Source: Paracoccaceae bacterium
Lineage (GTDB): Bacteria; Pseudomonadota; Alphaproteobacteria; JAPKNN01
Reading direction: 5' to 3'
NCBI GenBank assembly: GCA_040266715.1
Contig: JAPKNN010000005.1
Location: 31,027 to 95,026 of the forward strand
Length of the DNA stretch: 64,000 nt
In this document: positions 29,730 through 38,987 of the stretch, in pieces
Numbering within the stretch: the stretch's first letter is position 1
Layout: each line of letters starts with the position of its first letter
Translations under genes and position numbers: made by a program
The notes under the pieces: model-generated
What the model was told of the DNA's origin: nothing
Seen by the model: only the letters and a program-made list of their open reading frames with translations
The model's database searches: none

Positions 29730-30797
29730 TCATAAACGATTCTTTCTACTTGCTTTTTGTTTTGCGATATAATGGATAGTAAACATAACATGCTTAAGCA
29801 CAAGTAACGGAATTTGCATTTGGGAACGCATATCTCTTTGTACTTTATTAAACTTATGAATTATCTTAATTATATCGGACAATTCCCATATCTGACATTG
29901 CCGCAATATAAGCTCACGTCTTTTATAAAATATCAAAGGTCGATGCTCTTCAACAATTTTTTGTAAGTTTTTTTGCTCGGCTGTTTTTAATAAAATATTT
30001 TGTATCATTAAGACATGGTTAATTAAAGTCGCCAATATTTGATTTTCATTAAAATTTGCATGCAAGGCTCTATCTAATTTACGCGTCATACTGTCAGTAT
30101 TGCCTACAAAAATTGCATCACACATAGCATCTAACTGAAATTGGCTCACATCGGCTACACTATTATACACATCATCAAGAGTGATTTCGTTTTTATCATG
30201 ACAGTAAATAAGTAATTTATCAATTTCAGAAAGAGTTTTCATACGATCACTTCCTAATTGAGATGCCAAAAAGGATATCGCATCCGAATGAATAGTTTTG
30301 TGAGAAGCGCCTACCTTTGCTCTAATGAGTGACATGATGTCCTTTTCATCATCATCATAACAAGCAATATAGGCTATACGTGGATGAGATGAGGCAAGTT
30401 TTCTTAGAGACGATTGTTTTGACAAAGCCATTGCCTGTACGATAACAAGGCAATGTGCATTGTGTGAATCAGCAAATGTTTCTAAATTCTTGGTAAATTT
30501 TTCAGATGGCTCAATAATTTTTAAAACATTCCTATTAACAAAAAACGAAGGAGAATCGACCTCATTTATAAAAAGAGAAACATCTTCGTCCAGTTGCTTT
30601 TTCGATAGCTCCTTACACGCCATAGGGTCGGCGGCAAGCTCTGCAAGATAAACGTCTTTAACGGCCTCAACAAAATGACTGACTTGCCCCCTATCATTTC
30701 CTGCCAATACAACAACATTGTAATGAGCAATAGCTGATTGGTGTAAAAAGGTATGAATATTTTTTTTTCGTATCTCAGTCATTGCACATATCGCCAC
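29730..30797 (-). CDS. holA: DNA polymerase III subunit delta
   Basis: 355-aa ORF in the universal leuS-lptE-holA position. Sequence similarity is weak by eye, so the call rests mainly on synteny and size. Confidence 0.65.
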   Translation of the reverse strand: MAICAMTEIRKKNIHTFLHQSAIAHYNVVVLAGNDRGQVSHFVEAVKDVYLAELAADPMACKELSKKQLDEDVSLFINEVDSPSFFVNRNVLKIIEPSEKFTKNLETFADSHNAHCLVIVQAMALSKQSSLRKLASSHPRIAYIACYDDDEKDIMSLIRAKVGASHKTIHSDAISFLASQLGSDRMKTLSEIDKLLIYCHDKNEITLDDVYNSVADVSQFQLDAMCDAIFVGNTDSMTRKLDRALHANFNENQILATLINHVLMIQNILLKTAEQKNLQKIVEEHRPLIFYKRRELILRQCQIWELSDIIKIIHKFNKVQRDMRSQMQIPLLVLKHVMFTIHYIAKQKASRKNRL

Positions 30798-30811
30798 AGG
30801 GTGCTAAGTCG

Positions 30812-31348
30812 TTATTCAATTTTACTTGTTTCAATATCACTTATCAATAAACGTCCAATCTCACGCCCTAAAATTTTTAAATCATTTTCTTTTGAAACGG
30901 TTGATGTAATTATGTCATCACTTAATTTAAACACTTTCTCAATATTAAAGTATCCCCTCGAATAGACATCATACCTATTGTTTGTTTTTGTAAGGGTCCA
31001 TGCTACCCTGTAAGAATTAAACATACGCCGTGCTTCGCCCGCGGTGTTTTTGAATAATTCCTTATTCATAGACGTTCTTATTTTTATACGTAGGATATAG
31101 CCTGCACTATCACGATTGGTTTGGCTATAAGGATATAGGTAATTATAAACAATCTGCCCCAAACGTCCATCAGGCATTTCAACATAAATATTGTGTAATA
31201 TATTATTAGTCGTTGTTTTATCATCATACAAGGGACGTATATTACACGCTTGCAAAGTTCCTAAACAAAACATTATAACAATTAAAGTAGAAACTTTATG
31301 CCAATAGCGTTTAAACAATAGCCTTTCCTCTTCACTGCCCAACAACAA
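30812..31348 (-). CDS. lptE: LPS-assembly lipoprotein LptE
   Basis: 178-aa ORF with a lipoprotein signal and lipobox ([14 protein letters not shown]). It overlaps the leuS 3' end by 17 nt in the conserved position. Confidence 0.7.
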   Translation of the reverse strand: MLLGSEEERLLFKRYWHKVSTLIVIMFCLGTLQACNIRPLYDDKTTTNNILHNIYVEMPDGRLGQIVYNYLYPYSQTNRDSAGYILRIKIRTSMNKELFKNTAGEARRMFNSYRVAWTLTKTNNRYDVYSRGYFNIEKVFKLSDDIITSTVSKENDLKILGREIGRLLISDIETSKIE

Positions 31349-34019
31349 TATTTACTATACGACGCGGTACAATGACCACGCGTTTTATTAATTGTCCTTT
31401 TATAGCCTCTTTTACCAACTCTTGCTCAAGGGCTTGGTGTTCAATATCTTCATCTGTTGCTTCTATAGCAACAATTATCTCGGCTCTCCTTCTGCCATTT
31501 ACCTGAACAGGCATAACAATTTCTTCAACGATTAACAAATCCTGCCTTACTTTTGGCCATGGCAACAGACATAATTCTGTTTCATTTCCTGTCAACTGCC
31601 AACATTCATGCGTTAAATGTGGCATAATGGGCTCGACAATACGCAACATAATCTTAACAACTTCATCAATAACTGCAATTTCAGCTGGCGCTAAATTTTT
31701 ATCGCTTTCTTTTTCCTTAATATATGTATCGAAATTATTGGTAAAACTATAGATTAAAGCAACACACACATTAAAGCGTAATGAATCTAAAGCCTGCGTA
31801 TAATCGTGCAAGATTTTATGAGCCGCTTTTAAAATGTTCATACTCTCTTGTGGTATTTCTTTTACATTACTAGTATCAAATCCTCTTGAGTCCTGCGCAC
31901 TCAAGCAAATAGATCTTTGCATAAGACGCCAGAATCTCTGTACGAAGCGATACACTGCTGCTATTCCCTCGGCCGTCCATATAATGTCTTTTTCTGGGGG
32001 CGAATCTGAAAGCATAAACCAACGAATAGTATCCGCACCATAATCACTGATAATATCACTCGGATCAATAGTGTTTTTCTTTGATTTTGACATTTTTTCT
32101 ATAGTACCAATTTGTACTAATGTATCGGATTCTATGGTATAGGCATGTCTCTTACCGTCAGATTGCTGAATATAAATTTCAGCAGGTTCAAAGAAAGATG
32201 GCACTCCATTGTCATTAATAAAATAAGTTTCATGATTCACCATCCCTTGCGTAAACAACCCCTTAAAAGGCTCCTTACAATCAAGATGCCCCGTTTTCTT
32301 CATAGCACGAGAGAAAAAACGAGAATATAGCAAATGCAAAATAGCATGTTCAATGCCACCAATATACTGATCTACAGGCAACCAATAATTAACCTTTTGT
32401 GTGTCTGTTGGTATATTGCTATTCGGATCGGTAAAACGTGCATAATACCAAGATGAATCTACAAAAGTGTCACAGGTGTCAGTCTCTCTTTTTGCATTTT
32501 TACCACATTGATGACATGTTACTGCACACCACTCCTCATCCCTTAATAACGGATTACCTGGAATTTCAAAAGACACATTTTTAGGTAATCTAATAGGCAA
32601 ATCTTTACGTCTTACTGGCAACAAACCACATTCCTCACAATGTATAAATGGGATTGGACAGCCCCAATAACGTTGTCGTGATATACCCCAATCACGCAAA
32701 CGGTAATGGACAATTCTTTTGGCTACAGGTTCATTGTTATGCGTTTGTAGCTCCAATCGTTTAGCAACCATTTCTCTTGCTTGCTCTGTGGTCAAGCCAT
32801 TCAAAAAATCCGAATTTATTAACAATCCGTCCCTTGTATATGCTTTCCCGAGGTCAATTTCCTGCCCTTCCTCATCTTTTTCCGCCTGAATAACGGGCGT
32901 TATATTAAGGCTATATTTGCGTGCGAAATCTAAATCTCGTTGATCATGTGCGGGACATCCAAAAATAGCTCCTGTACCATATTCTATTAAAACAAAATTA
33001 GCGACATAAACAGGTAGTTTTTTTGTTTCATCAAAGGGATGTAGCACGTAAATGCCTGTAAAAAATCCTATTTTTTCAGCCTTGTCCAAAGCCTCTTGCG
33101 TTGTTGCTTGTTGCTGGCAAGTGGCAACAAAATTTTTAAGCTCGTTGATATTGTCATATGATGAATTCAGCAATTGCTCAACTAATTGATGGTTTGCTGC
33201 GATAGCACAAAAACTTGCTCCAAATAAAGTGTCATGACGCGTTGTAAAAACGCGCAAGACATCAATTGTAATATCTGTAGGCTTATTAGCTATTATAAAG
33301 TCAATCTGTAAACCTTCAGAGCGCCCAATCCAATTACTTTGCATAAGGCGTACTTTTGTAGGCCATTGATCTAATGTATCCAAATCCTCTAGGAGTTCCT
33401 GTGCATAATCGCTAATTGTAAGAAACCATTGCGTAAGTTCTTTTTGCTCTACCTCGACCCCCGAGCGCCAACCTCTTCCTTCTATGACTTGTTCATTAGC
33501 TAAAACTGTTTGGTCAACGGGATCCCAGTTAACTTTTGCTTTTTTGCGCTTAATTAATCCTGCTTCATAAAAATCAATAAACAAACTTTGTTGCTGCTTA
33601 TAATAAGATTCATCACAGGTGGCGATTTCACGTGACCAATCAATTGAAAAACCAAGCTTTAAAAGCTGCCCTTTCATATGAGCGATGTTATCATACGTCC
33701 ATTTTGCAGGGTCGGTTTTATTTTTTATTGCTGCATTTTCCGCAGGCATTCCAAAAGCGTCCCACCCCATAGGATGTAATACTTGAAACCCACACGCTCT
33801 CTTATAGCGTGCAACAACATCACCCATTGTATAATTACGGACATGCCCCATATGAATGCGTCCCGATGGATATGGAAACATTTCTAAAACATAGTATTTG
33901 GGTAAAGAAATATCTACATCACTGATTTCAAAAAATTTTTTTTTATCCCAAAGGATTTGCCATTTTTTTTCTGCTATCAAATGATTATATCGTGTTTCTG
34001 TTAGGCCTTGTTTATGCAT
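31332..34019 (-). CDS. leuS: Leucine--tRNA ligase
   Basis: 895-aa class I aaRS with HMGH ([11 protein letters not shown]) and KMSKS (EKMSKSKKN) signatures. Confidence 0.95.
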   Translation of the reverse strand: MHKQGLTETRYNHLIAEKKWQILWDKKKFFEISDVDISLPKYYVLEMFPYPSGRIHMGHVRNYTMGDVVARYKRACGFQVLHPMGWDAFGMPAENAAIKNKTDPAKWTYDNIAHMKGQLLKLGFSIDWSREIATCDESYYKQQQSLFIDFYEAGLIKRKKAKVNWDPVDQTVLANEQVIEGRGWRSGVEVEQKELTQWFLTISDYAQELLEDLDTLDQWPTKVRLMQSNWIGRSEGLQIDFIIANKPTDITIDVLRVFTTRHDTLFGASFCAIAANHQLVEQLLNSSYDNINELKNFVATCQQQATTQEALDKAEKIGFFTGIYVLHPFDETKKLPVYVANFVLIEYGTGAIFGCPAHDQRDLDFARKYSLNITPVIQAEKDEEGQEIDLGKAYTRDGLLINSDFLNGLTTEQAREMVAKRLELQTHNNEPVAKRIVHYRLRDWGISRQRYWGCPIPFIHCEECGLLPVRRKDLPIRLPKNVSFEIPGNPLLRDEEWCAVTCHQCGKNAKRETDTCDTFVDSSWYYARFTDPNSNIPTDTQKVNYWLPVDQYIGGIEHAILHLLYSRFFSRAMKKTGHLDCKEPFKGLFTQGMVNHETYFINDNGVPSFFEPAEIYIQQSDGKRHAYTIESDTLVQIGTIEKMSKSKKNTIDPSDIISDYGADTIRWFMLSDSPPEKDIIWTAEGIAAVYRFVQRFWRLMQRSICLSAQDSRGFDTSNVKEIPQESMNILKAAHKILHDYTQALDSLRFNVCVALIYSFTNNFDTYIKEKESDKNLAPAEIAVIDEVVKIMLRIVEPIMPHLTHECWQLTGNETELCLLPWPKVRQDLLIVEEIVMPVQVNGRRRAEIIVAIEATDEDIEHQALEQELVKEAIKGQLIKRVVIVPRRIVNIVVGQ

Positions 34020-34228
34020 AATTGTTTATGTTGCTAGATAATTTGCCAATACAGTATATCATGTTTTCTGTTTCAATACAGTCATATGTCAAGTCCTTTA
34101 CTTCACACACATTACTTTTTTAATAGCAAATATTGATATTTAATATCAACATATTTTTTTGTAAAAATTTTTTATCTAAGTTAATGACATTAAAATAATA
34201 CCCCTATCAATATTAATGACTTATACTC

Positions 34229-34257
34229 TTGCAAAATGACTACAATTAATATATAAG
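34229..34257 (+). promoter_or_regulatory. Sigma-70-like promoter candidate for tRNA-Ala
   Basis: TTGCAA (34229-34234), 17 nt, TATAAG (34252-34257), ending 16 nt before the mature tRNA 5' end. Confidence 0.35.
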
Positions 34258-34273
34258 GGCAGTGATATATTGT

Positions 34274-34349
34274 GGGGCTGTAGCTCAGCTGGGAGAGCAC
34301 CTGCTTTGCAAGCAGGGGGTCAGGAGTTCGATCCTCCTCAGCTCCACCA
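34274..34349 (+). tRNA. tRNA-Ala (anticodon UGC), stand-alone (not in an rRNA spacer)
   Basis: 76-nt cloverleaf. Acceptor GGGGCTG/CAGCTCC includes the G3:U70 Ala identity pair. Anticodon arm CCTGC-TTTGCAA-GCAGG, T arm AGGAG-TTCGATC-CTCCT, encoded CCA. Confidence 0.95.
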
Positions 34350-34368
34350 TATTATATCGATATAATAT
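34349..34368. repeat. Perfect 20-nt palindrome starting at the last tRNA nucleotide
   Basis: ATATTATATCGATATAATAT is its own reverse complement. Confidence 0.9.
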
Positions 34369-34383
34369 ATGATATCGATTCAA

Positions 34384-34411
34384 TGATTATGATTTTAGTG
34401 ATTATGATTTT
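34384..34411. repeat. Direct repeat 2 x 13 nt (TGATTATGATTTT) separated by 2 nt
   Basis: Copies at 34384-34396 and 34399-34411, read directly from the sequence. Confidence 0.9.
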
Positions 34412-34533
34412 TCTGAATCAGGCTTTTGTGTTTTTATCTATTATTTGTAGTTTCATTTTACATATCTATCTCTAGTTTGCGCACACACTGTGTCATATCT
34501 AGTTTAACATAATCTAATATAATGGAGATACCA

Positions 34534-36138
34534 ATGCCTATATCCTTATTGAGATATTTTTCTCTGATTTTTTTAATCCTATTAAGCCTAACAATGAGCC
34601 TGCCAGTAAAAGCATCTGAATTAGTTTACCCTCGTTTATTTTCTCAGTTAACGTCCTCAACTGGGCAAGCCGATCAAGTTATAACAGTTTCTTATAAAGA
34701 TTTTAATGGCAATATACATACCGACGGGAAATTAGTTGTTCCTCAATCAATCGCTAAACAAACTATTGCACTGTTTGATAGTTTACAAAAGTCTGATTTT
34801 CGTTTTTCTATAATTAAGCCCTATACGGAGTATGACGATATTTTTTCAGCTCTTAAAGCCAATGCAAGCTTTATCTTTGTAAGCACAGATCCCATAGTAA
34901 AATTTTGGTTAGTTGTGAATCCAGTGAACAACCCTTTTATTGTAGGTCAGATTGACGGTTCGGGCACAATGCATAATTCCCGTGAAGACACGAGTGGCAA
35001 TGCCGTCAAATCGGCACTTTTTGTTTATCCTGCTGCAGGAACCGTTAATGTCAATAGACATTTAGCACCAGAAGTCGGCAAAATTACAAAACAGATTATA
35101 CCCATTTTTAACACATACGGTTTTAATCAAGAATTTCAACCCACTGATGAGAATGAGCTTTATTTTGGGCTTATGGGCTTATCTTCAAAATCACAACCAA
35201 GGGATTCGCGCATTAAAAGCAATCAACAAAATACAAGCAGTGCTACTGTTGCATTTACCAAAGATGTAAAACATCAATTTCATATTCCTTCCTCAGGTAA
35301 CAAAAAAAGCCATGCAATCAACAATAATTTTTCTTATGGACCCTTGCCAGAATCCGTCAAGAAAAAATTAATTGATACGGGTGTTTGGAAAAATGGATGC
35401 CCTGTACCGCTAGAACGTTTAGCCTATGTTCAGTTTTTGTACTATAATTACGATGGTACTGTTGAGCAAGGTTCTATTGTTTCTGCGGATATCGTAGCCT
35501 CCAATATACTTAATGTATTTTATAATTTTTACCAAAATAAATATCCTATTGAAAAGACAGGCGGTGGTGATCCTACTGGTGGCGGTACGGGAATGTTTAA
35601 TTGTCGTCAGATAACAGCTGGAACAGGATTTTCCTTACATTCTTATGGAACAGCAATTGATATAAGCTATTATAGAAACCCATATATAGGAAATTATAAG
35701 GTTTTAAACCAAGGCATTGCAGCATCTGCAGTATTAGTGCCTAACATAGCACCGTTGTCACACCTTAATCGGGAAGTCGCACAGCCTGGATTTAATGAGG
35801 TTATTGCACCACTTATGCGTCAACATGGTTTTTCTGAGTGGGGCGGTGATTGGTTGAACCGAACAGATTATATGCATTTCCAAACAAGTCCATTTATTTC
35901 ATACCTGTTCCCGTTGATAGATTACGATAGTGGAGTTACGCTATTTGGTTTAGAAGCTACACATGATGAAATTCTACATAAATTCTCAATAGAATCAACA
36001 GAGGTAGCAAAATGGGCATTGCTCTCACAGCTATATCCGCAATCTTTTGCCCATAGTTTTGTAGCCAATATTAATCAATTTGATGCATTGGGAGAGGATG
36101 GATTTTATCGCTTTCTAGTTCAATTACTTCAAAGCTAA
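34534..36138 (+). CDS. Secreted tandem-domain M15 (VanY/LAS-type) peptidoglycan metallopeptidase: degenerate N-domain plus intact C-domain
   Basis: Sec signal (LIFLILLSLTMSLPVKA/SE). The C-domain has the Zn ligand motifs FSLHSYGTAIDIS and EWGGDW..TDYMHFQ. The N-domain is a paralogous copy lacking the His/Asp ligands. ATG 34534 follows GGAGA (alternative ATG 34522). Confidence 0.7.
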   Translation: MPISLLRYFSLIFLILLSLTMSLPVKASELVYPRLFSQLTSSTGQADQVITVSYKDFNGNIHTDGKLVVPQSIAKQTIALFDSLQKSDFRFSIIKPYTEYDDIFSALKANASFIFVSTDPIVKFWLVVNPVNNPFIVGQIDGSGTMHNSREDTSGNAVKSALFVYPAAGTVNVNRHLAPEVGKITKQIIPIFNTYGFNQEFQPTDENELYFGLMGLSSKSQPRDSRIKSNQQNTSSATVAFTKDVKHQFHIPSSGNKKSHAINNNFSYGPLPESVKKKLIDTGVWKNGCPVPLERLAYVQFLYYNYDGTVEQGSIVSADIVASNILNVFYNFYQNKYPIEKTGGGDPTGGGTGMFNCRQITAGTGFSLHSYGTAIDISYYRNPYIGNYKVLNQGIAASAVLVPNIAPLSHLNREVAQPGFNEVIAPLMRQHGFSEWGGDWLNRTDYMHFQTSPFISYLFPLIDYDSGVTLFGLEATHDEILHKFSIESTEVAKWALLSQLYPQSFAHSFVANINQFDALGEDGFYRFLVQLLQS

Positions 36139-36149
36139 AAGTGTCACTT

Positions 36150-36263
36150 GAGTGGCTTGTAATGATAGCGCTAGGTAAATGAAAGATATACTTTTATAGA
36201 TAAAAATCTTTCTCTATGTTTTCATCACATTAGATCCAACCTAGCACTGTTACAAAGCCACTC
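36150..36263. repeat. About 114-nt imperfect nested inverted repeat (extended hairpin) in the convergent M15/yacG gap
   Basis: Outer arms GAGTGGCTT..GTAA..GCTAGGT (36150-36176) pair with ACCTAGC..TTAC..AAGCCACTC (36239-36263). An inner GAAAGAT/ATCTTTC pair is also present. Confidence 0.7.
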
Positions 36264-36346
36264 ACATTATCTTAATTAAAGACGTTATTTCTACAACATA
36301 TTATTAACATTGAATTCATTCCTTAGAATTCTGTTTGTGTACAATA

Positions 36347-36532
36347 CTATTCCTCTTGTTCGTCCTGCGAATCAAGTGGTGTGTCTAGTTCTACATCAGA
36401 CACAACGTAATAATCAGTTAGCCAGCGTCCTAGATCTACATCACTACATCTTTTTGAACAAAACGGAGAAAAAATTTCCTGTACGTTTTTTTGACAAATA
36501 GGGCAATGTGCTGTTTGTTCATTCTTATTCAT
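36347..36532 (-). CDS. yacG: DNA gyrase inhibitor YacG (zinc finger)
   Basis: 61-aa ORF with CPICQK...PFCSKRCSDVDLGRW, the canonical YacG Cys4 finger. Confidence 0.85.
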   Translation of the reverse strand: MNKNEQTAHCPICQKNVQEIFSPFCSKRCSDVDLGRWLTDYYVVSDVELDTPLDSQDEQEE

Positions 36533-36580
36533 TCAATTATTACCTTATGTATTGTTATATATAATGACTTTTAAAACAAT

Positions 36581-38077
36581 TTATATAATTGTATATGCGT
36601 GTTCCAATTCGCTATCACTTATCATTTGTGTTTCTTGCTGATGAATGGAAAAATTTACGTAACAAGATTTCTTAATTTCACTTTCTATAAATGGCCTAAA
36701 CTCTATATAAGTCTTATATAATTGTGGCGAAAGCATTAATTGCTTTTTATTCTGCAATTTATGTTCTTGCAGTTCCTTTTGAAATTTACGCAAGACACTG
36801 TCAAGCGTGAACATATTCTGCACCTCATAAGCGTGAGTCTTTAAGGGTGGATTTTTAAATTGTCTTGTTAATTCTATAATTTGGAATCGGGATGGAGGTA
36901 ACACATCGATGCGTGCGTCATCTTGTTTTGCAAGCTCCAATATATATCGGTAAAGGGAACGCGTATTTTTAGCTGACATATTGATCAAATCAATACATAT
37001 AATCCCATGCAAATTTCTCCATTTCATGTGTTTAAAAATACACTGAATTGCTTCGTAATTTGCCCGATACAATGTATGTTCTTTAGGTAAATTTGCGCTT
37101 ATCATATATCCTAAATCAATATCAATTATATGCCCTAATTGTGTGTATTCTATATGAATTGTTACCCCACTATTGAGGGTTATTTTTGTGGTAAAAAGGC
37201 TCTCATAAATTGCCTCTATGAGTTGCTCATCATAACATATTTGCTTTGATTTTATGGTTAACTTATCTGTTAATTCCGAATCGGCATAATTTAAAGTTTT
37301 ATATATACGCTGTGCTATATCATGATTATCTACATGTATAACTGATAAATCTTTGTCAGGGTAATGATACGCTAAGTTCAAAACTGCTTGCGCTAATGTG
37401 TTATCAATTTCCTCTGTGATATTTGGCGTCAGTGTAACAGATTTTTTTGTTGTGTGTGCGTTTCTTATGGCTTGGACTATAGAATGTATGTGATTTATGC
37501 AATAATTTTCCACCTGTTGAGTTATTGTGAAAGTATCCTTTTTTTTGCTTATATGGAAAGGTAGTGGTGTATTATTATCAGTCACATCTACAAAGATATT
37601 GATAATTCTTTTATAAAATTCTGTTTGTGATAATTGACTATTAGGTTTTTTCTTAGCAGCATCACCTCCTATACACATTTCTATACCGCACATTTCCAAA
37701 CGTATCTCACTTGATATTAAGGGCTTTTTGTTTCTTCCTACATCATGGCTGATGCAATAACCTATAATGCGCTGTCCTATTTGTAATTTTTCTGCTATAT
37801 GTATGGTCTGCTGATTAACAATTAGTGGCTGACTTCCTTTGTTGCGGATAAAGCCATCGCGGCCGTCAGGCATACGTACGACAAAAACATCCATTGCTTT
37901 TAGATAATCAACAACTCTTAACAGATATATCCTGTGCAAGTATGGACTAACCTGCATCTTCTTTTCAATATCTTTATTTTTGTATATATGTTGAAAATCT
38001 AATGGATTACCATGGTTATCAATTGTCATCAAACGATAACCGAAAAACATATTTGTAATAACTATATGCATACTCAA
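36581..38077 (-). CDS. Divergent RNase E/G-family ribonuclease paralog
   Basis: S1-like segment (RIYLLRVVDYLKAMDVFVVRMPDGRDGFI). The DNase-I-like core aligns to E. coli RNase E 295-400 (IIDIDLG vs AIDINS; GIICIDLINM vs GLIVIDFIDM; SRFQIIELTRQ vs SRFGLLEMSRQ). Confidence 0.7.
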   Translation of the reverse strand: MSMHIVITNMFFGYRLMTIDNHGNPLDFQHIYKNKDIEKKMQVSPYLHRIYLLRVVDYLKAMDVFVVRMPDGRDGFIRNKGSQPLIVNQQTIHIAEKLQIGQRIIGYCISHDVGRNKKPLISSEIRLEMCGIEMCIGGDAAKKKPNSQLSQTEFYKRIINIFVDVTDNNTPLPFHISKKKDTFTITQQVENYCINHIHSIVQAIRNAHTTKKSVTLTPNITEEIDNTLAQAVLNLAYHYPDKDLSVIHVDNHDIAQRIYKTLNYADSELTDKLTIKSKQICYDEQLIEAIYESLFTTKITLNSGVTIHIEYTQLGHIIDIDLGYMISANLPKEHTLYRANYEAIQCIFKHMKWRNLHGIICIDLINMSAKNTRSLYRYILELAKQDDARIDVLPPSRFQIIELTRQFKNPPLKTHAYEVQNMFTLDSVLRKFQKELQEHKLQNKKQLMLSPQLYKTYIEFRPFIESEIKKSCYVNFSIHQQETQMISDSELEHAYTII

Positions 38078-38178
38078 TGGCTTTACCTTATATGACAGCT
38101 ATCGATTTTAAGGTTGTAATAAAAACTTGCCCCTTTCAAAAGCTTTGTATATTGTTAATGTAGGGGATAATAATACCA

Positions 38179-38973
38179 ATGCCTATCACTACTCAAGAAA
38201 AAAGAACAATAAAGGGAACAAAAAAACAAGTTGGCTTTTTTGTAACTTGTCTGGTTGATTTTTTAAGACCATCTGTAGGTTTTAATTGCCTTAAAATTCT
38301 TGAGACGCAGGGTTTTGAAATAGTCGTACCTCTTACACAAAGCTGTTGCGGTCAACCTGCCTATAACAGTGGTGATAAAAATTTGGCTAAAACGATCGCT
38401 CTACAAATTGTCGATAGCTTTAATCAATGCGATTATATTGTCGTTCCTTCTGGCTCTTGTGCGGCCATGATGCGTAAACATTACACAAGTTTAGCAAAAC
38501 ACTCTTCAACGCAATATGAATTATTCTCGGCTTTTGCTAAAAAAATTTACGAATTTACAGATTTTCTTTATCACTTTTGTAATTACCAGCATCCGCCTTC
38601 ATGCGCTAACGAAACAAGTGTAAAGCATATCATTTTTCATGACTCCTGTTCAAGTTTGCGTGAATTGGGTATTAAAGATAGTCCCCGAAAATTGCTACAA
38701 AAATTACCCCATGTCTCTTTAGTTGAGAATAGCGATCCCGAATCTTGTTGTGGGTTTGGAGGTGTATTTTGTGTAAAATTCAGTGACATATCTGCCAAAA
38801 TGTCTCAAGAAAAAGCCACACATATTCTAAATTCAAAGGCATCCTGTTTAACGTCAACAGATTTAGGCTGTCTTATTAACATAGCTGGCACCTTAAGAAA
38901 AAAGGGAGAAAATTTAGAAATTAGACATATAGCCGAAATTTTAGCAAATGATAAAACATCCCCCTCTATATAA
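38179..38973 (+). CDS. lutA: Lactate utilization protein A ((Fe-S)-binding CCG-domain oxidoreductase)
   Basis: 264-aa ORF with VGFFVTCLVD and two CCG-type Cys motifs (QSCCGQP, ESCCGFGG). It is the first gene of lutABC. Confidence 0.8.
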   Translation: MPITTQEKRTIKGTKKQVGFFVTCLVDFLRPSVGFNCLKILETQGFEIVVPLTQSCCGQPAYNSGDKNLAKTIALQIVDSFNQCDYIVVPSGSCAAMMRKHYTSLAKHSSTQYELFSAFAKKIYEFTDFLYHFCNYQHPPSCANETSVKHIIFHDSCSSLRELGIKDSPRKLLQKLPHVSLVENSDPESCCGFGGVFCVKFSDISAKMSQEKATHILNSKASCLTSTDLGCLINIAGTLRKKGENLEIRHIAEILANDKTSPSI

Positions 38974-38987
38974 AAAAACTAGGACAC

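Noticed and set aside
34020-34273. Possible replication origin at the minus-to-plus strand switch between leuS and tRNA-Ala (AT-rich, TTGATAT-tta-ATATCAA inverted repeat).
   Set aside because: There is no cluster of DnaA boxes and no hemE/dnaA/parAB context. Genes to the right are of mixed orientation, so the AT-richness is that of ordinary promoters.
36581-38077. Suspicion that the RNase E/G paralog is catalytically dead, because DFIDM reads DLINM.
   Set aside because: Counting from D303 shows that the metal-binding D346 is the first Asp of IDFIDM, which is conserved here (D363). The substituted residue corresponds to D349, not a catalytic ligand.
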